From a virus: a stretch of 64,000 nucleotides of DNA. Position numbers and translations under genes: made by a program. The stretch is from the IMG/VR virus record IMGVR_UViG_3300020156_000448, positions 32,001 through 96,000 of that record; one strand, written 5' to 3'. Positions 20,401-29,440 of the stretch are shown here, piece by piece (within the stretch, counting starts at the first letter, position 1; the number at the start of each line of letters is the position of its first letter). The notes under the pieces were generated by a model. That model made no database searches and was not told where the DNA came from. It saw nothing but the letters and a program-made list of their open reading frames with translations.

Positions 20401-23400
20401 TTTGGTAAGCCAACACTCAACGAAAGCTCTTTTTTAGCATAATCAATAATAAAATCATACATAGATTGTGGTATGACATCACTGAAAATTTCATTCTTAC
20501 TATATTCGCTCGCATTTGATAAGGAAGCTGGAGGATCAAACATATACATTAATAAATCTGGCAATGTAAAAATCTGCCTAGGAACATTGGAATTCTTATG
20601 CAAGTATATTGAGATAGAGTCTCGCATACCGCCTTGAACAAATTGATCCACTTTGACTTTAATCCCATTGACCATTTGCTGGAAATCAGGTCTTTTCTGA
20701 ACATTAGATATAAATTCATCCCTAGTATTAGGGAGAGTTAACATCGTATTTTCTTCTGGTGGGATAACCTTGTTTGGAAACGTTACGAGTTTTTTGCCTT
20801 GATCAAACTCTAGCCTTTCCTGAGTTTTAGACTTAAGATACTGCTGCATAAAATATTTAGCAAACATATGCGTTAGATTCTGAATTTGCTGTTCTCTAGG
20901 AACTTTTTTTCCTGATTCAAATACGCTCTGCTCATATTCTACAAGCATCTCTCCCACAGTTTCCATCGCTGCTTCTCTATTCATTCCTTGAAACTCGATA
21001 GGGAAATTTTCGATAAGTTCAGATTTTATTTGCTCATTCATTCCTGCCGTAATTCGTGCATCAAAAGGGAATTGAGAATTGAAGAAAGCATATAACCTTT
21101 GTTTCATATGCTGAAGATTACCGTATTGAAACGCTAAAAGCTCAGTTGGCTCCGTTATCCATCCTCCAGCGGTTTGATAGTTACTGCTATCATCAATACC
21201 CACTCCAGTTAAATGGTGACTAACCTCATGCCATAAAGTATTTTCTTCTGAAAACGAAATGGTTTTGTCTTCTGGCTTAATACCTAAAAATTTCTCAAGA
21301 TTTTCAGCAGCATTTACCATGTCGTTTTCAGTTACGTCGCCTTTGGTAAAAACGAAAATTGTTGGATTGTCAGCGATCCCATATGATGGAGAATAAAACC
21401 CATTCATTTGGTATGGGCTATATCCCGCGTTTGCTAAATCTTCTGCTCCGAAGTGGCTAATAAATTTTTGACTGTCAACTAGATAAATATCCAATTCTTC
21501 AAGCTTGTTCATAGCAATTTCATAAGCTTTCTTATAATTACGTTTCCCATCATCATCGCGCCCAGTAAATACTTCTTCAGTATTATCTGTATATCTTTGT
21601 AGAAATGTTTTACAATACTCCATCAATTCAGGGAAGTCACTTACTTTCTTTTTGACCACGCCATTTTCCGCTGCTAAATATGATTTCATTCCTTCTCGCA
21701 CATCGTTTTTTGCTTTGGCGGTTTGGTGTCTTATTTCAGCACGAAGAGTATTTAAAAACTCTTGATCATTCTCATCTCTAGTTGTAATTGCAGAAATGAC
21801 CTTTAGTGCATCTGTCATATATCTTTTGGTGGTCTCGTAGACTACTTCGGGTGAAAATAACCCTGAACACAAAACAAACCACACCTGAGAGGCTTTTGCC
21901 ATTGAGTCAATAATTTTAGGCGGAAATGCTGCCATGATTTCCATGGTTGCATTAAAATCACTATCTAGTGGTCTGCTCCAATGTGGTGGATTATCAGGAT
22001 CATAATCTTCTTCCTTGGTTGGATTATTGCCACTTATAATCATGGAAGCCAAGAAGCTGCCTGCACTCTGAGTATATTTCCGAATTATAGCATGCTTAGA
22101 CATGTCTATATAAAAATTTTCCACTGCCAAATACTCGCCAGCGGCTTCTCTTGCCTTCGCAGTATCCAACTCTTTATAAAACCACTCTTTAAATGCTTGA
22201 GCTTTTTGCGGACCTGGAGCAAGACTACTATCTATCATTCTAGAGGCGGCAGATGCTTCAATAGCACTAAAAAAATATCTATCGTTTTCGAGTTTGGAAT
22301 CATAAAAGTTAACATAATCTTCGTACATGTTTCCAAAAGGATGAATTTGCCTGTTGTCTTCATCAATTAAAACAAGATTACCCTTGTATTGTTGCGCCTC
22401 TTCAGTGCTCTTGGAGTATCTTTCAATCTCACTTTCAGAGCTAGTAATTGATAGGCTTGCATCCTCTGGATATACTGATACTGTTTCTTTTAATTTTGCA
22501 AGAGTTTCTTCCTTAAAATTTACGCCACAAACAATGAACATTTCCGCTTGGATTGTATTATTGACATCTTTGTAATAATGAGACTTTGTTTCAGGATCGT
22601 GGAATTCTACTAATCCCTGTTGCTTGGCATTAAATAACCCATCTATAATTGAAATTATTTCTTGTGGCGTTTTTGAATAGAAAGGATAGCCTGCGCCTAA
22701 TTTCTCTTCTCCAACTCTTTGAAGTACCTTATGTTCAAAAGAACCATAGTTATATATGGCAGGAAGAATACTAGAATGGAAATCTCGTATTTTTTTATTC
22801 TCTCCCTTGTCACGCTCGCCTATCGGATATCCATCACTGTGCTTATACCCGATTCTCAGAGATTCTGTAAGCTCCATCAGCGCTTCAGGAGTAGGGAAGC
22901 TGAAGACGCGCTGCATTAAATCATATTTGGAATTAGCATCAGTAGAAAATATGGAATTCCATATTTCAGGATGGCGTTGACTCAATTCATCAACCATCCA
23001 TTTTGGATATCTATTAATACTCGAAAATACTCCGATGGCTGACTTGGGAGAAATCTCTAGCGTCATTATGTCTTTATATATATCATCTGTAAGACTATTA
23101 GGTATATCGGTTTTCCATTTTCCATTCCTATACATCTTGGAGGCATCTTCGTCGTGCACTTTAAACAACGACCATAAAGTAAACGCTTCTTGTTCTGGCG
23201 TACCCTTAGTTCTTCCTAGATATTTTTGAGCCAAATCCCAGTAATACCAGCCACCAAGAACATCTCTTTCCATAGCCAAACTTAACTTGTACTGACTAAA
23301 ATAATAATGATTGGGATATTTTTGAAAAAGAATACAGTCTATAACAGTATTTGTATGGGAATCTAAACCGAACTTTGTCACTGTAGATAAAATCTCTGGT

Positions 23401-23522
23401 GGAGCAGTATTTTCATCATACTTCATATACTCTTCTGCATCAAACGACTGAACACCGCGAAAGAAATCATCCGCGCCTGCGAGCATGATCATTTTATTGA
23501 AAATATTATTAGATTTTCCCAT
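17445..23522 (-). CDS. giant multidomain protein: unknown N-terminus + HEXXH zincin-like domain + CCA-adding enzyme with HD domain and duplicated tail domain
   Basis: LWHEVSH (about 21216-21230) with downstream PTE; TGGFVRDLL...DLDI (about 20130); loop RTERYEPGSRKP; EDANRRDFGMNA; FQDDPLRILRAIR (about 19480); HD motifs HTM, FHDVGK, GHPE, MHD, ADRRAH; two [FL][IL]NGNEI tail repeats. Confidence 0.85.
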   Translation of the reverse strand: MGKSNNIFNKMIMLAGADDFFRGVQSFDAEEYMKYDENTAPPEILSTVTKFGLDSHTNTVIDCILFQKYPNHYYFSQYKLSLAMERDVLGGWYYWDLAQKYLGRTKGTPEQEAFTLWSLFKVHDEDASKMYRNGKWKTDIPNSLTDDIYKDIMTLEISPKSAIGVFSSINRYPKWMVDELSQRHPEIWNSIFSTDANSKYDLMQRVFSFPTPEALMELTESLRIGYKHSDGYPIGERDKGENKKIRDFHSSILPAIYNYGSFEHKVLQRVGEEKLGAGYPFYSKTPQEIISIIDGLFNAKQQGLVEFHDPETKSHYYKDVNNTIQAEMFIVCGVNFKEETLAKLKETVSVYPEDASLSITSSESEIERYSKSTEEAQQYKGNLVLIDEDNRQIHPFGNMYEDYVNFYDSKLENDRYFFSAIEASAASRMIDSSLAPGPQKAQAFKEWFYKELDTAKAREAAGEYLAVENFYIDMSKHAIIRKYTQSAGSFLASMIISGNNPTKEEDYDPDNPPHWSRPLDSDFNATMEIMAAFPPKIIDSMAKASQVWFVLCSGLFSPEVVYETTKRYMTDALKVISAITTRDENDQEFLNTLRAEIRHQTAKAKNDVREGMKSYLAAENGVVKKKVSDFPELMEYCKTFLQRYTDNTEEVFTGRDDDGKRNYKKAYEIAMNKLEELDIYLVDSQKFISHFGAEDLANAGYSPYQMNGFYSPSYGIADNPTIFVFTKGDVTENDMVNAAENLEKFLGIKPEDKTISFSEENTLWHEVSHHLTGVGIDDSSNYQTAGGWITEPTELLAFQYGNLQHMKQRLYAFFNSQFPFDARITAGMNEQIKSELIENFPIEFQGMNREAAMETVGEMLVEYEQSVFESGKKVPREQQIQNLTHMFAKYFMQQYLKSKTQERLEFDQGKKLVTFPNKVIPPEENTMLTLPNTRDEFISNVQKRPDFQQMVNGIKVKVDQFVQGGMRDSISIYLHKNSNVPRQIFTLPDLLMYMFDPPASLSNASEYSKNEIFSDVIPQSMYDFIIDYAKKELSLSVGLPNKKPTVTPEEAEELGGFVADMDQEYGPDWVWMAGAKNMKKTGSFARYLFNFAQAYNRQISIPQEYMEVISDIVEKSRAVGLVPYATGGFVRDLLVGKKSPKDLDIMVDVADTETYMRQIQPFIDEAQRDPMSFIQNNLEGAKKLVRVNSFNLEQSDYRSEFFRITADIDYMDNSKKKPQLISNAPFETSINPSLLLAKQFGRQIPRGEAFGIYAVPTPIGEVEIAYPRTERYEPGSRKPRTEMGNFQEDANRRDFGMNAMFLDLDKYIQGDIEGALHDPTGHGLQDVQEKTIRITDPSAIDTIFQDDPLRILRAIRQAAQHDFKIDSPIVDYIKQNPHLIGVKGDELDSEFWKYDYTPKLSAERVAEEFRKIMSLPNAAQSLKLMKECGLLQFVLKLPVQAEQNWDMDHLNPHHYESIWDHTMTVMSHLQQVVQQHGVKDPQKLFTLNMAALFHDVGKLFKGDKGYQEEFDGEGNVSKRRYFGHPEISTEQTLANLQRLKFSTEEITNISTLVKMHDEVLGLDKVINDPTQLESQLGRLLITMKGAYGKKMNDEIFDLLMLAMADRRAHKEPGNTDDYLVAALQHLQQDENGGLQRIQGRLTPFINGNEIMTLFGSMISKDLRWIGLLNKQLVDLQIDQKITSRNQAFDIVKKLALAAEITGKPAGSWLLSILPILVNPAIAVDKGAVEEVLYSNYRNIKDEGKQVITPLLNGNEILNIVKEVNPDIKPGAWMNTLISNLVRAQMQKRVNSKEEAASFIKQEASKNTLASMTSMFRKIAKDIYPVMKTQPRSNRWNSDDKANEVNLGGGKGQVKDQPKDRPRKSIVLTPNPSSMHGNINPAEPMRDYYASVKSAQLMNSLYPISPEPIPDADPSRLTPGNNNHQNLDQLHDKEYPNYKFKFEIDMDSGRERPENIDKGHRRMLYFYQDEQSGNYMMRAYDRPDKPIKFGNLMSVMDFLRHNEKYRVNLTGYENNITSRMPMFMGE

Positions 23523-23542
23523 GATGAATAAGTGTACCTCAA

Positions 23543-24205
23543 TTAATTTCCTTGTTCATTGTATACGAATCTTATCTTATTTTTCTTTAAAAGATTCTTG
23601 ATTGGATCAATTGCGATACCAACACTTATTCCTTGTGAGTCGGTGTTTTTAGAGTTAAGCACAGCTACAGCTATGCCTATAACAGCTTGCTTTTCTAGAG
23701 AATATATCAAACCACCAGAATTTCCAGGATTAGTTCTTAAATCCAGCAAGAAATAATTATCACTTTGACCATCTTGTGCCATGTTGGTGTTAGAAACAAT
23801 TCCATAAGAAACTGTATTCTTATAACCCAAAGGGCTTCCTACAGAAACTACTGCTTCTCCCTCTTGGATTGTTCCGCTATTACCAAGATTTAGAAAGTAA
23901 GTATTAACTTGAGAAGGAGCATTAACATATACAATTGCAACATCCATATTAAGATCATAGTCTACAACTTGGGCATAAAATCTCCCGCCATCAGTTGTGT
24001 TTACGACTATGGATTTAATATCAGGATTTGGTTGCTGTGGGGTTATTCCCAAAACATGAGCACATGTAATAACAATTCTAGGGGCGACAAAAAAGCCTGC
24101 CCCTATATCTCCTGCATTTGAAGCCATATGGACTTCAATCATTACACTGGAGCTTTTGATTTGACTTACATAGTCACTCATTTTTTGAGCGGTCTTTAAA
24201 GCCAT
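23543..24205 (-). CDS. trypsin-like (S1C/HtrA-type) serine protease, no PDZ domain or signal peptide
   Basis: Catalytic triad motifs ITCAHV, DVAI, NPGNSGG; VGSPLG..NTVS.GIVS. Confidence 0.9.
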   Translation of the reverse strand: MALKTAQKMSDYVSQIKSSSVMIEVHMASNAGDIGAGFFVAPRIVITCAHVLGITPQQPNPDIKSIVVNTTDGGRFYAQVVDYDLNMDVAIVYVNAPSQVNTYFLNLGNSGTIQEGEAVVSVGSPLGYKNTVSYGIVSNTNMAQDGQSDNYFLLDLRTNPGNSGGLIYSLEKQAVIGIAVAVLNSKNTDSQGISVGIAIDPIKNLLKKNKIRFVYNEQGN

Positions 24206-24783
24206 TATCTCTTTCCTTTGGACTTCCTAACTTTCATGGTATCCCATTCGTTTGGAGATTTTTCCTTACGCTTAGAGTCGTTAGTGACTTTGTAAGTAGT
24301 AGGAATTGGGGAGCCGCTATTGTTTTCTAATGAAGAGTTATTAATTTGCTGCATAATTGGACTGTTTTGATCAACAGGTAATGGCTGGGTTTTCCCGTGC
24401 ATTTGCTGTTCAATCGTAGGTGGATCGCCGCCCAAACTTTTACCCTCATCTCCAGGAGCAGGCTCAATAGCCTCATTTGTATCTTTGAATGTAGGCTGAA
24501 AGGTTGTTCTTTCAGTTGTTTCATTAAGAGGCTCGACATTGGGAGCAATAGGAGCAGGATTCTGAGGTTGATTTCTCTGCTTTGGTGGCAAAATGCTCTT
24601 AATATCGTGTTGCGCACTAAGATTTTCTTCAGTGCCTCTCAAGCCATCTGGCTGATTAATATAACCTGGGGTCTTGTCTGGAGTATAAGCAATAGTAATA
24701 TTCTTATCTTTAAGAGTCTTAAAGAATGCCTCTTTAGTCATTCCGATATAATCATCGTCGCCTGATGCGCCTTTAATAAACAT
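24205..24783 (-). CDS. hypothetical Pro/Gln-rich, probably disordered protein
   Basis: Translationally coupled ORF (stop/start overlaps at both ends); low-complexity composition. Confidence 0.6.
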   Translation of the reverse strand: MFIKGASGDDDYIGMTKEAFFKTLKDKNITIAYTPDKTPGYINQPDGLRGTEENLSAQHDIKSILPPKQRNQPQNPAPIAPNVEPLNETTERTTFQPTFKDTNEAIEPAPGDEGKSLGGDPPTIEQQMHGKTQPLPVDQNSPIMQQINNSSLENNSGSPIPTTYKVTNDSKRKEKSPNEWDTMKVRKSKGKR

Positions 24784-25586
24784 TAGTTTCCTCTTTTTGA
24801 TCTAAGATTATTTTTCCAAGAAGCACTCACAGTACCCTTTCCGCCTTCAGTTCTCTCTGGATTATCTTTATAAAATGCTAGATTAGCTCTTGCATTTTCT
24901 TTTTGGCGGTTGTTAATCTCACGATAAATCTTAATATCATCACCCTGCCACGTTCCTTCTTTGCGAGAACCTACGGAAGGGGCGGTGGCATCATCAAGCT
25001 GACCTTCAGTTAGAATCATTACTTCTTCATCAACCTGAGCTTCCGCTAGCTGGCGTTCCGTAATTTCTTCCACATCGCCTTCGCGATTGTTCTTACTCTT
25101 GTCCAATTGATTTTCTGTAAGCTCATTGCATTCATGATCCTTATGACCGACATCAACCACATCATGCTTTTTAACATCACTTAACTGCTTTTCAGTTAAA
25201 TCCAAAGCGCTATCATCAACCTTCTTATCGGCAATCGCTAGATTATACCAAGTCTTCTTATTCTTTTTTGTGGCATCAATGGCTGAGGCTGTAATAAGCA
25301 TAGCTTTTCCAGCGACTTTGCTAGGAAACAGTTTTTGCTTTCTTGTTAAGACTTCTTCACCTTTAATCTGCTTAATGTTGCGCACCAATTGTGCATAAGC
25401 AGCTTCAACATCCTTAAACATTTTGTAAGGCATGTTACCAGCAGCTAATGCTGCCTGTGCTCTCGATAGTAGATTTTTACCTGATTCAAGAAACTGATTC
25501 AAGTCATCTCCTTGCATCCAATTCTTATAAAGAGTATCTTCTTTATTGATTCTCTCTAGTTCGAAAAGTAATTGATTCGCATCCAT
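24783..25586 (-). CDS. hypothetical protein with four (L/I)TExQL repeats
   Basis: LTEKQL, LTENQL, ITERQL and LTEGQL in an acidic C-terminal half; GGAGG RBS. Confidence 0.65.
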   Translation of the reverse strand: MDANQLLFELERINKEDTLYKNWMQGDDLNQFLESGKNLLSRAQAALAAGNMPYKMFKDVEAAYAQLVRNIKQIKGEEVLTRKQKLFPSKVAGKAMLITASAIDATKKNKKTWYNLAIADKKVDDSALDLTEKQLSDVKKHDVVDVGHKDHECNELTENQLDKSKNNREGDVEEITERQLAEAQVDEEVMILTEGQLDDATAPSVGSRKEGTWQGDDIKIYREINNRQKENARANLAFYKDNPERTEGGKGTVSASWKNNLRSKRGN

Positions 25587-25597
25587 TTTGCCTCCTG

Positions 25598-27565
25598 TTA
25601 AGCGCCACCATTATATGAATTAAAGTTATTCATTCTCTGAAATATAGATTGCCCAGCTCCGCCGCGATTTCCTGCACCATTTCCAGAAATGCTTGGGAAT
25701 TGATTTCCACCCAAAGGAAGATTCATAACTCTAGATGTTAAAGCCTTTCTTGAGGTTCTTTCAGTACTTAAAAAACATGCTCCTGCAAAGCAGTCAGCGA
25801 CATCCTTAGTTTTAACTACTCCTGCATGATTCGCAACAATATTTGGTCCTCTAGCTGTTCGCTTAACTCTTAAGTTCTGCAATTCAACCTTTAATTGTAA
25901 ATCATTTTGACAAGCAATTACTCGCCCATCCAACATAATTGTTCTTAGGTTGTCATATATCTCACGAGCTTTATTACCATTGAATGATAGCAATCTTACA
26001 GGCAGTCCTCTTCTTCTAAAAAAGCTTATAGATTCAGTACTTTGCATACCATCATAAGAGAATGAAACTACTCTGAACTTCCTTGCTACATCAGCAATGT
26101 AATGAAGTATCTCATTAATTGTATACTCCTTACCTGTCTCATTATCCACAAAATGTTCTGGATTTCTTTTGGATGGAGTCCAGAAAAAACTATCATCCTC
26201 GATATAGAAATTTTCATATTGATTAGTTTTAGGATTAAATCTATACTCGTAATGGATAATACAATAAGCGTAATTACAAGTTTTAAAAGCGCAGTCGATA
26301 TGCATATAATATTTAATCATTGCATTTTCAGGACCAGGTTTCTTAGCGATATTTTCTGGATTAGCAAATGCGTATTCCACAGCAGTTTCTGGAAGATAAA
26401 CATCTGCACCTTCGTCTACAAACTGAGCACCAAATAGCTTATCGAATGATAAACCTTCAGCATCCTCTTCGTAGATCATATCGCTTTCTAAGAATTCCTT
26501 GGTCATGTCATTTCTCCACTCCCAAGTAGGCATCTGAATTACTAAAAAGTTATCAGCCTGAGGAAGTCTACCTTGATCAAAGTTCGTCCAAAACTTCCCT
26601 TCTTTTTTATTAGGCATTGATGTCATCATAACTCTACCAGCCTCTGGATGAAGAGCACGGTAGGTTGTCGTCTGCGCCAAGATAGCTTCCAAGAGCTTTG
26701 TATCGTTATCTTTTCCGTCTGTATTAAAAAGCGCAAACTCATCGAAATAAGCGAGAATGGTAGCAGTTCCGTGGAGGGCTGCTGAATTAGAGTGAATAGC
26801 TGCAACTTCAATAGAACCCTTCAGTTGAACGTTATGCATCCCCATTGCTTTTTGTCTTTTGTATCTCTGCTCATCAAATTCAGTCCTATAGAATACGGTT
26901 TCTTCTTCTGGAGTATATCTAGCTTCTAGCAAAGGACTTTCCATTGCACGTTCCTTGTGCATTTTAAGACCAGTGTTTTTAGCCTGCGTTAAACTCGTTG
27001 CTGCTATAAATATACGAAGTGGCTCTGCTCCGCGCACGCCCAAATATCCTTGAGGATGATTTAAGCATTTAGAACCACAATCAGGACAAAGCTCTCCGCT
27101 TTGCACCGGCTTCATGTCCTTACATTTAGGACATACTATCATAGTAATAAGTTTATATACCTCATAAGCTGTTATAGCGCTACTAAGGAAGGTCTTTCCT
27201 GAACGACGCCCTAGTGCCATAACTAAATACTGAAATGGTTTTGTGATCTCTCCGCTTTGTACCTTTTTAGCCTTAGCCAAAAGCCAAGGATTGCCTTGAC
27301 CATAATTATCAATCTTCTCAATAAGCTCAAGGTCTTCGTCAGTAATTTTTATACTTTCGTTGCCAGGAGTATTGATATAAAATAATTTAAGAATTAGTTT
27401 AGCGTATGGGAAAACACCAAAATCTAAACCTAAGTCTTCCACAAACTGCAATATACTCATCAAGCCTGATGACGATGAACTCTTTTTCTCGTATAGCTTT
27501 TTCTTTACCATGTCCGCAAGCATTTGATCTAAATCAATTACTTCGGACTTATTTTTAGCTGCCAT
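25598..27565 (-). CDS. terL: terminase large subunit with a zinc-ribbon insertion
   Basis: Walker A LGRRSGKT, Walker B AYFDEFA, coupling MTSMP, nuclease YMHIDCA ... KDVADCFAG; CPKC..CPDC insertion after Walker A. Confidence 0.88.
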   Translation of the reverse strand: MAAKNKSEVIDLDQMLADMVKKKLYEKKSSSSSGLMSILQFVEDLGLDFGVFPYAKLILKLFYINTPGNESIKITDEDLELIEKIDNYGQGNPWLLAKAKKVQSGEITKPFQYLVMALGRRSGKTFLSSAITAYEVYKLITMIVCPKCKDMKPVQSGELCPDCGSKCLNHPQGYLGVRGAEPLRIFIAATSLTQAKNTGLKMHKERAMESPLLEARYTPEEETVFYRTEFDEQRYKRQKAMGMHNVQLKGSIEVAAIHSNSAALHGTATILAYFDEFALFNTDGKDNDTKLLEAILAQTTTYRALHPEAGRVMMTSMPNKKEGKFWTNFDQGRLPQADNFLVIQMPTWEWRNDMTKEFLESDMIYEEDAEGLSFDKLFGAQFVDEGADVYLPETAVEYAFANPENIAKKPGPENAMIKYYMHIDCAFKTCNYAYCIIHYEYRFNPKTNQYENFYIEDDSFFWTPSKRNPEHFVDNETGKEYTINEILHYIADVARKFRVVSFSYDGMQSTESISFFRRRGLPVRLLSFNGNKAREIYDNLRTIMLDGRVIACQNDLQLKVELQNLRVKRTARGPNIVANHAGVVKTKDVADCFAGACFLSTERTSRKALTSRVMNLPLGGNQFPSISGNGAGNRGGAGQSIFQRMNNFNSYNGGA

Positions 27566-27584
27566 TTATATCACCCTTTTAAAT

Positions 27585-28433
27585 TTAACTATCCACTTCG
27601 TCGTCAGGATTGTTATTTACTGAATTAAACGCTTCTAGGAATTTGATCTGGTCTTCTGGAGATAACTTACTCAGCACCATTTCCAATTTCTTCTGGAATA
27701 TTTTGTTAAGTGTCTGTTTTGATTCTTCTGAAGACTGATCCATTCCAAGCATCTTTAATTTGAAATCTTGTATTTTAACAACGGCATCACTTAGGTTTTT
27801 TAAAACCTTAGATATTGCCAAATTCTGATCGATATTTTTAGGATTACTGTATACAACAAGCTCTTCTGCCTTTTGCATTAGAATTTCTTCCAACTCCATC
27901 AGTCTGTTAGGGAGTGTAGACTTCTCGCGCTCTCTGATGGCTTCCCGTAACTCTGTAAGTTTTTCTTTTCTCTTATAATCAACTTCTCTATAAATGGGCA
28001 TAAAGTGTTGATCCATATGGTTCTTAACCTGATCCCACCTAATTTCTTTTCCGTATTTCTCAAATATATACTTCTTGACTTCAGTAGGACTATATCTAGT
28101 CATTAAATAAATCTTATGGATTTGAGGATCATCAATTGCCAATTGACACACACGACAGTTAGACCTGAATGAAAAACCATGTTCTCCCTCTTCAGCCTTT
28201 TTTGTTCTAATGGTATCAATTTCTCGCTCTAAAGATTCAATCTCTCTAGTAGAGACCTTTTGTGGATTAAGATCAACATAGTCTTCATAATTCTTAACTA
28301 TATCTTCTCCCATACTTTCTCTAAGAACGTCTAAATCGTCATTATTAACCACTTTGTGGGGAGTGATTTCTCTTGGTTCAAATTCTTCTTTATTATCTTC
28401 AAATTCATTAAATTCGTCATCTAAATTTGGCAT
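27585..28433 (-). CDS. putative terminase small subunit / Zn-binding HTH protein
   Basis: Immediately upstream of terL; CRVC...NHMDQH metal/HTH module followed by helical coiled coil. Confidence 0.45.
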   Translation of the reverse strand: MPNLDDEFNEFEDNKEEFEPREITPHKVVNNDDLDVLRESMGEDIVKNYEDYVDLNPQKVSTREIESLEREIDTIRTKKAEEGEHGFSFRSNCRVCQLAIDDPQIHKIYLMTRYSPTEVKKYIFEKYGKEIRWDQVKNHMDQHFMPIYREVDYKRKEKLTELREAIREREKSTLPNRLMELEEILMQKAEELVVYSNPKNIDQNLAISKVLKNLSDAVVKIQDFKLKMLGMDQSSEESKQTLNKIFQKKLEMVLSKLSPEDQIKFLEAFNSVNNNPDDEVDS

Positions 28434-28468
28434 CGCAAAACTTTCTCCTGTTCAGGTCATTTCCATAT

Positions 28469-28494
28469 ATTGATATAACTTTGATTATTTACCT
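28469..28494 (-). promoter_or_regulatory. candidate SigH-type late promoter for the terminase operon
   Basis: Minus strand AAAGGT-N18-CAAT just upstream of the RBS of 27585..28433. Confidence 0.4.
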
Positions 28495-28610
28495 TTTTTG
28501 GAGCCTGACAACATAGCAAGAAAAGCAATATAGCCTAATGCATCTAGATATGCCAAATTAAAACCATGGTAAAAAGTAGCTACTATCTAAATTAAAAAGA
28601 AATTGGGTAT

Positions 28611-28645
28611 AAAAAATGGGGATCGTTTTCAAAGCGATCCCCATT
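28611..28645 (-). terminator. Rho-independent terminator
   Basis: AATGGGGATCG/CGATCCCCATT stem followed by a T-run on the minus strand, just after the stop of 28656..29414. Confidence 0.85.
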
Positions 28646-28655
28646 GGTAACTAAT

Positions 28656-29414
28656 TTATTTTTTAAATTTGCAAAACTTATGCGATTCGCCTGAAGCAGT
28701 TCTTATCTCATTATAAAATGGACATTTGGAAGCCCTGCAAACACTATGCACATTGATTTCTGTATCATATTTAGGACAATACGTGTATTCACTTCCATCT
28801 TCATATACTTCAGCTATAATCTCATTACCTTCAGTTGCTGCTTTTTTAGTAAAGGCTTTCTGAGTTTCAGGAAGCCAAATACCAAACCACTCATACCATT
28901 GATCCCAAGTTTGGCGTTCAAGCTCTGAAGAGGCGTAGGTAAATAAACTCTCTTCCTGTGCCGCTAATGAAAGATTTATAACCATATTCTCAACAAAAGG
29001 GGATAATGATTTATGAATCTCTTCGAGTACAGCTTCACTTCTTTGAGATTGTATATAAGCGATGCAAGCTTCTAATCCCAACTTATCAGCAGTAGATACT
29101 GGCATAATCTGACCAAGGCTTGTAGTGCATGTTAATGCTTTAACTACCTTCCTTGGGGGTTCACTGTACAGTGTTGCTTGTATAATGTGTCTAATATCAT
29201 CGTAGCTTTCTGGAGGTCGCTCGTCAGCTAAATTGCTATCAAAAGCCACCTTAATGGCAGCTTCAACAACATCATAATTGTGCCCCTCGGTTAGCAATCT
29301 ATGGGTAATTTGCTCAGCATTATAATCAACTTGTAGCTCTTTTACCTTAGCCACAACAGAGCGAACCATATCTTGCTTCCTTTTCGAGAGTACTTTCATT
29401 AATTGTTCGTACAT
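28656..29414 (-). CDS. hypothetical protein with a C-terminal Cys cluster
   Basis: CPKY...VCRASKCPFY...KFC. Confidence 0.6.
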   Translation of the reverse strand: MYEQLMKVLSKRKQDMVRSVVAKVKELQVDYNAEQITHRLLTEGHNYDVVEAAIKVAFDSNLADERPPESYDDIRHIIQATLYSEPPRKVVKALTCTTSLGQIMPVSTADKLGLEACIAYIQSQRSEAVLEEIHKSLSPFVENMVINLSLAAQEESLFTYASSELERQTWDQWYEWFGIWLPETQKAFTKKAATEGNEIIAEVYEDGSEYTYCPKYDTEINVHSVCRASKCPFYNEIRTASGESHKFCKFKK

Positions 29415-29440
29415 AGCAGTTTACGTCTTTAAGCTTCAGT

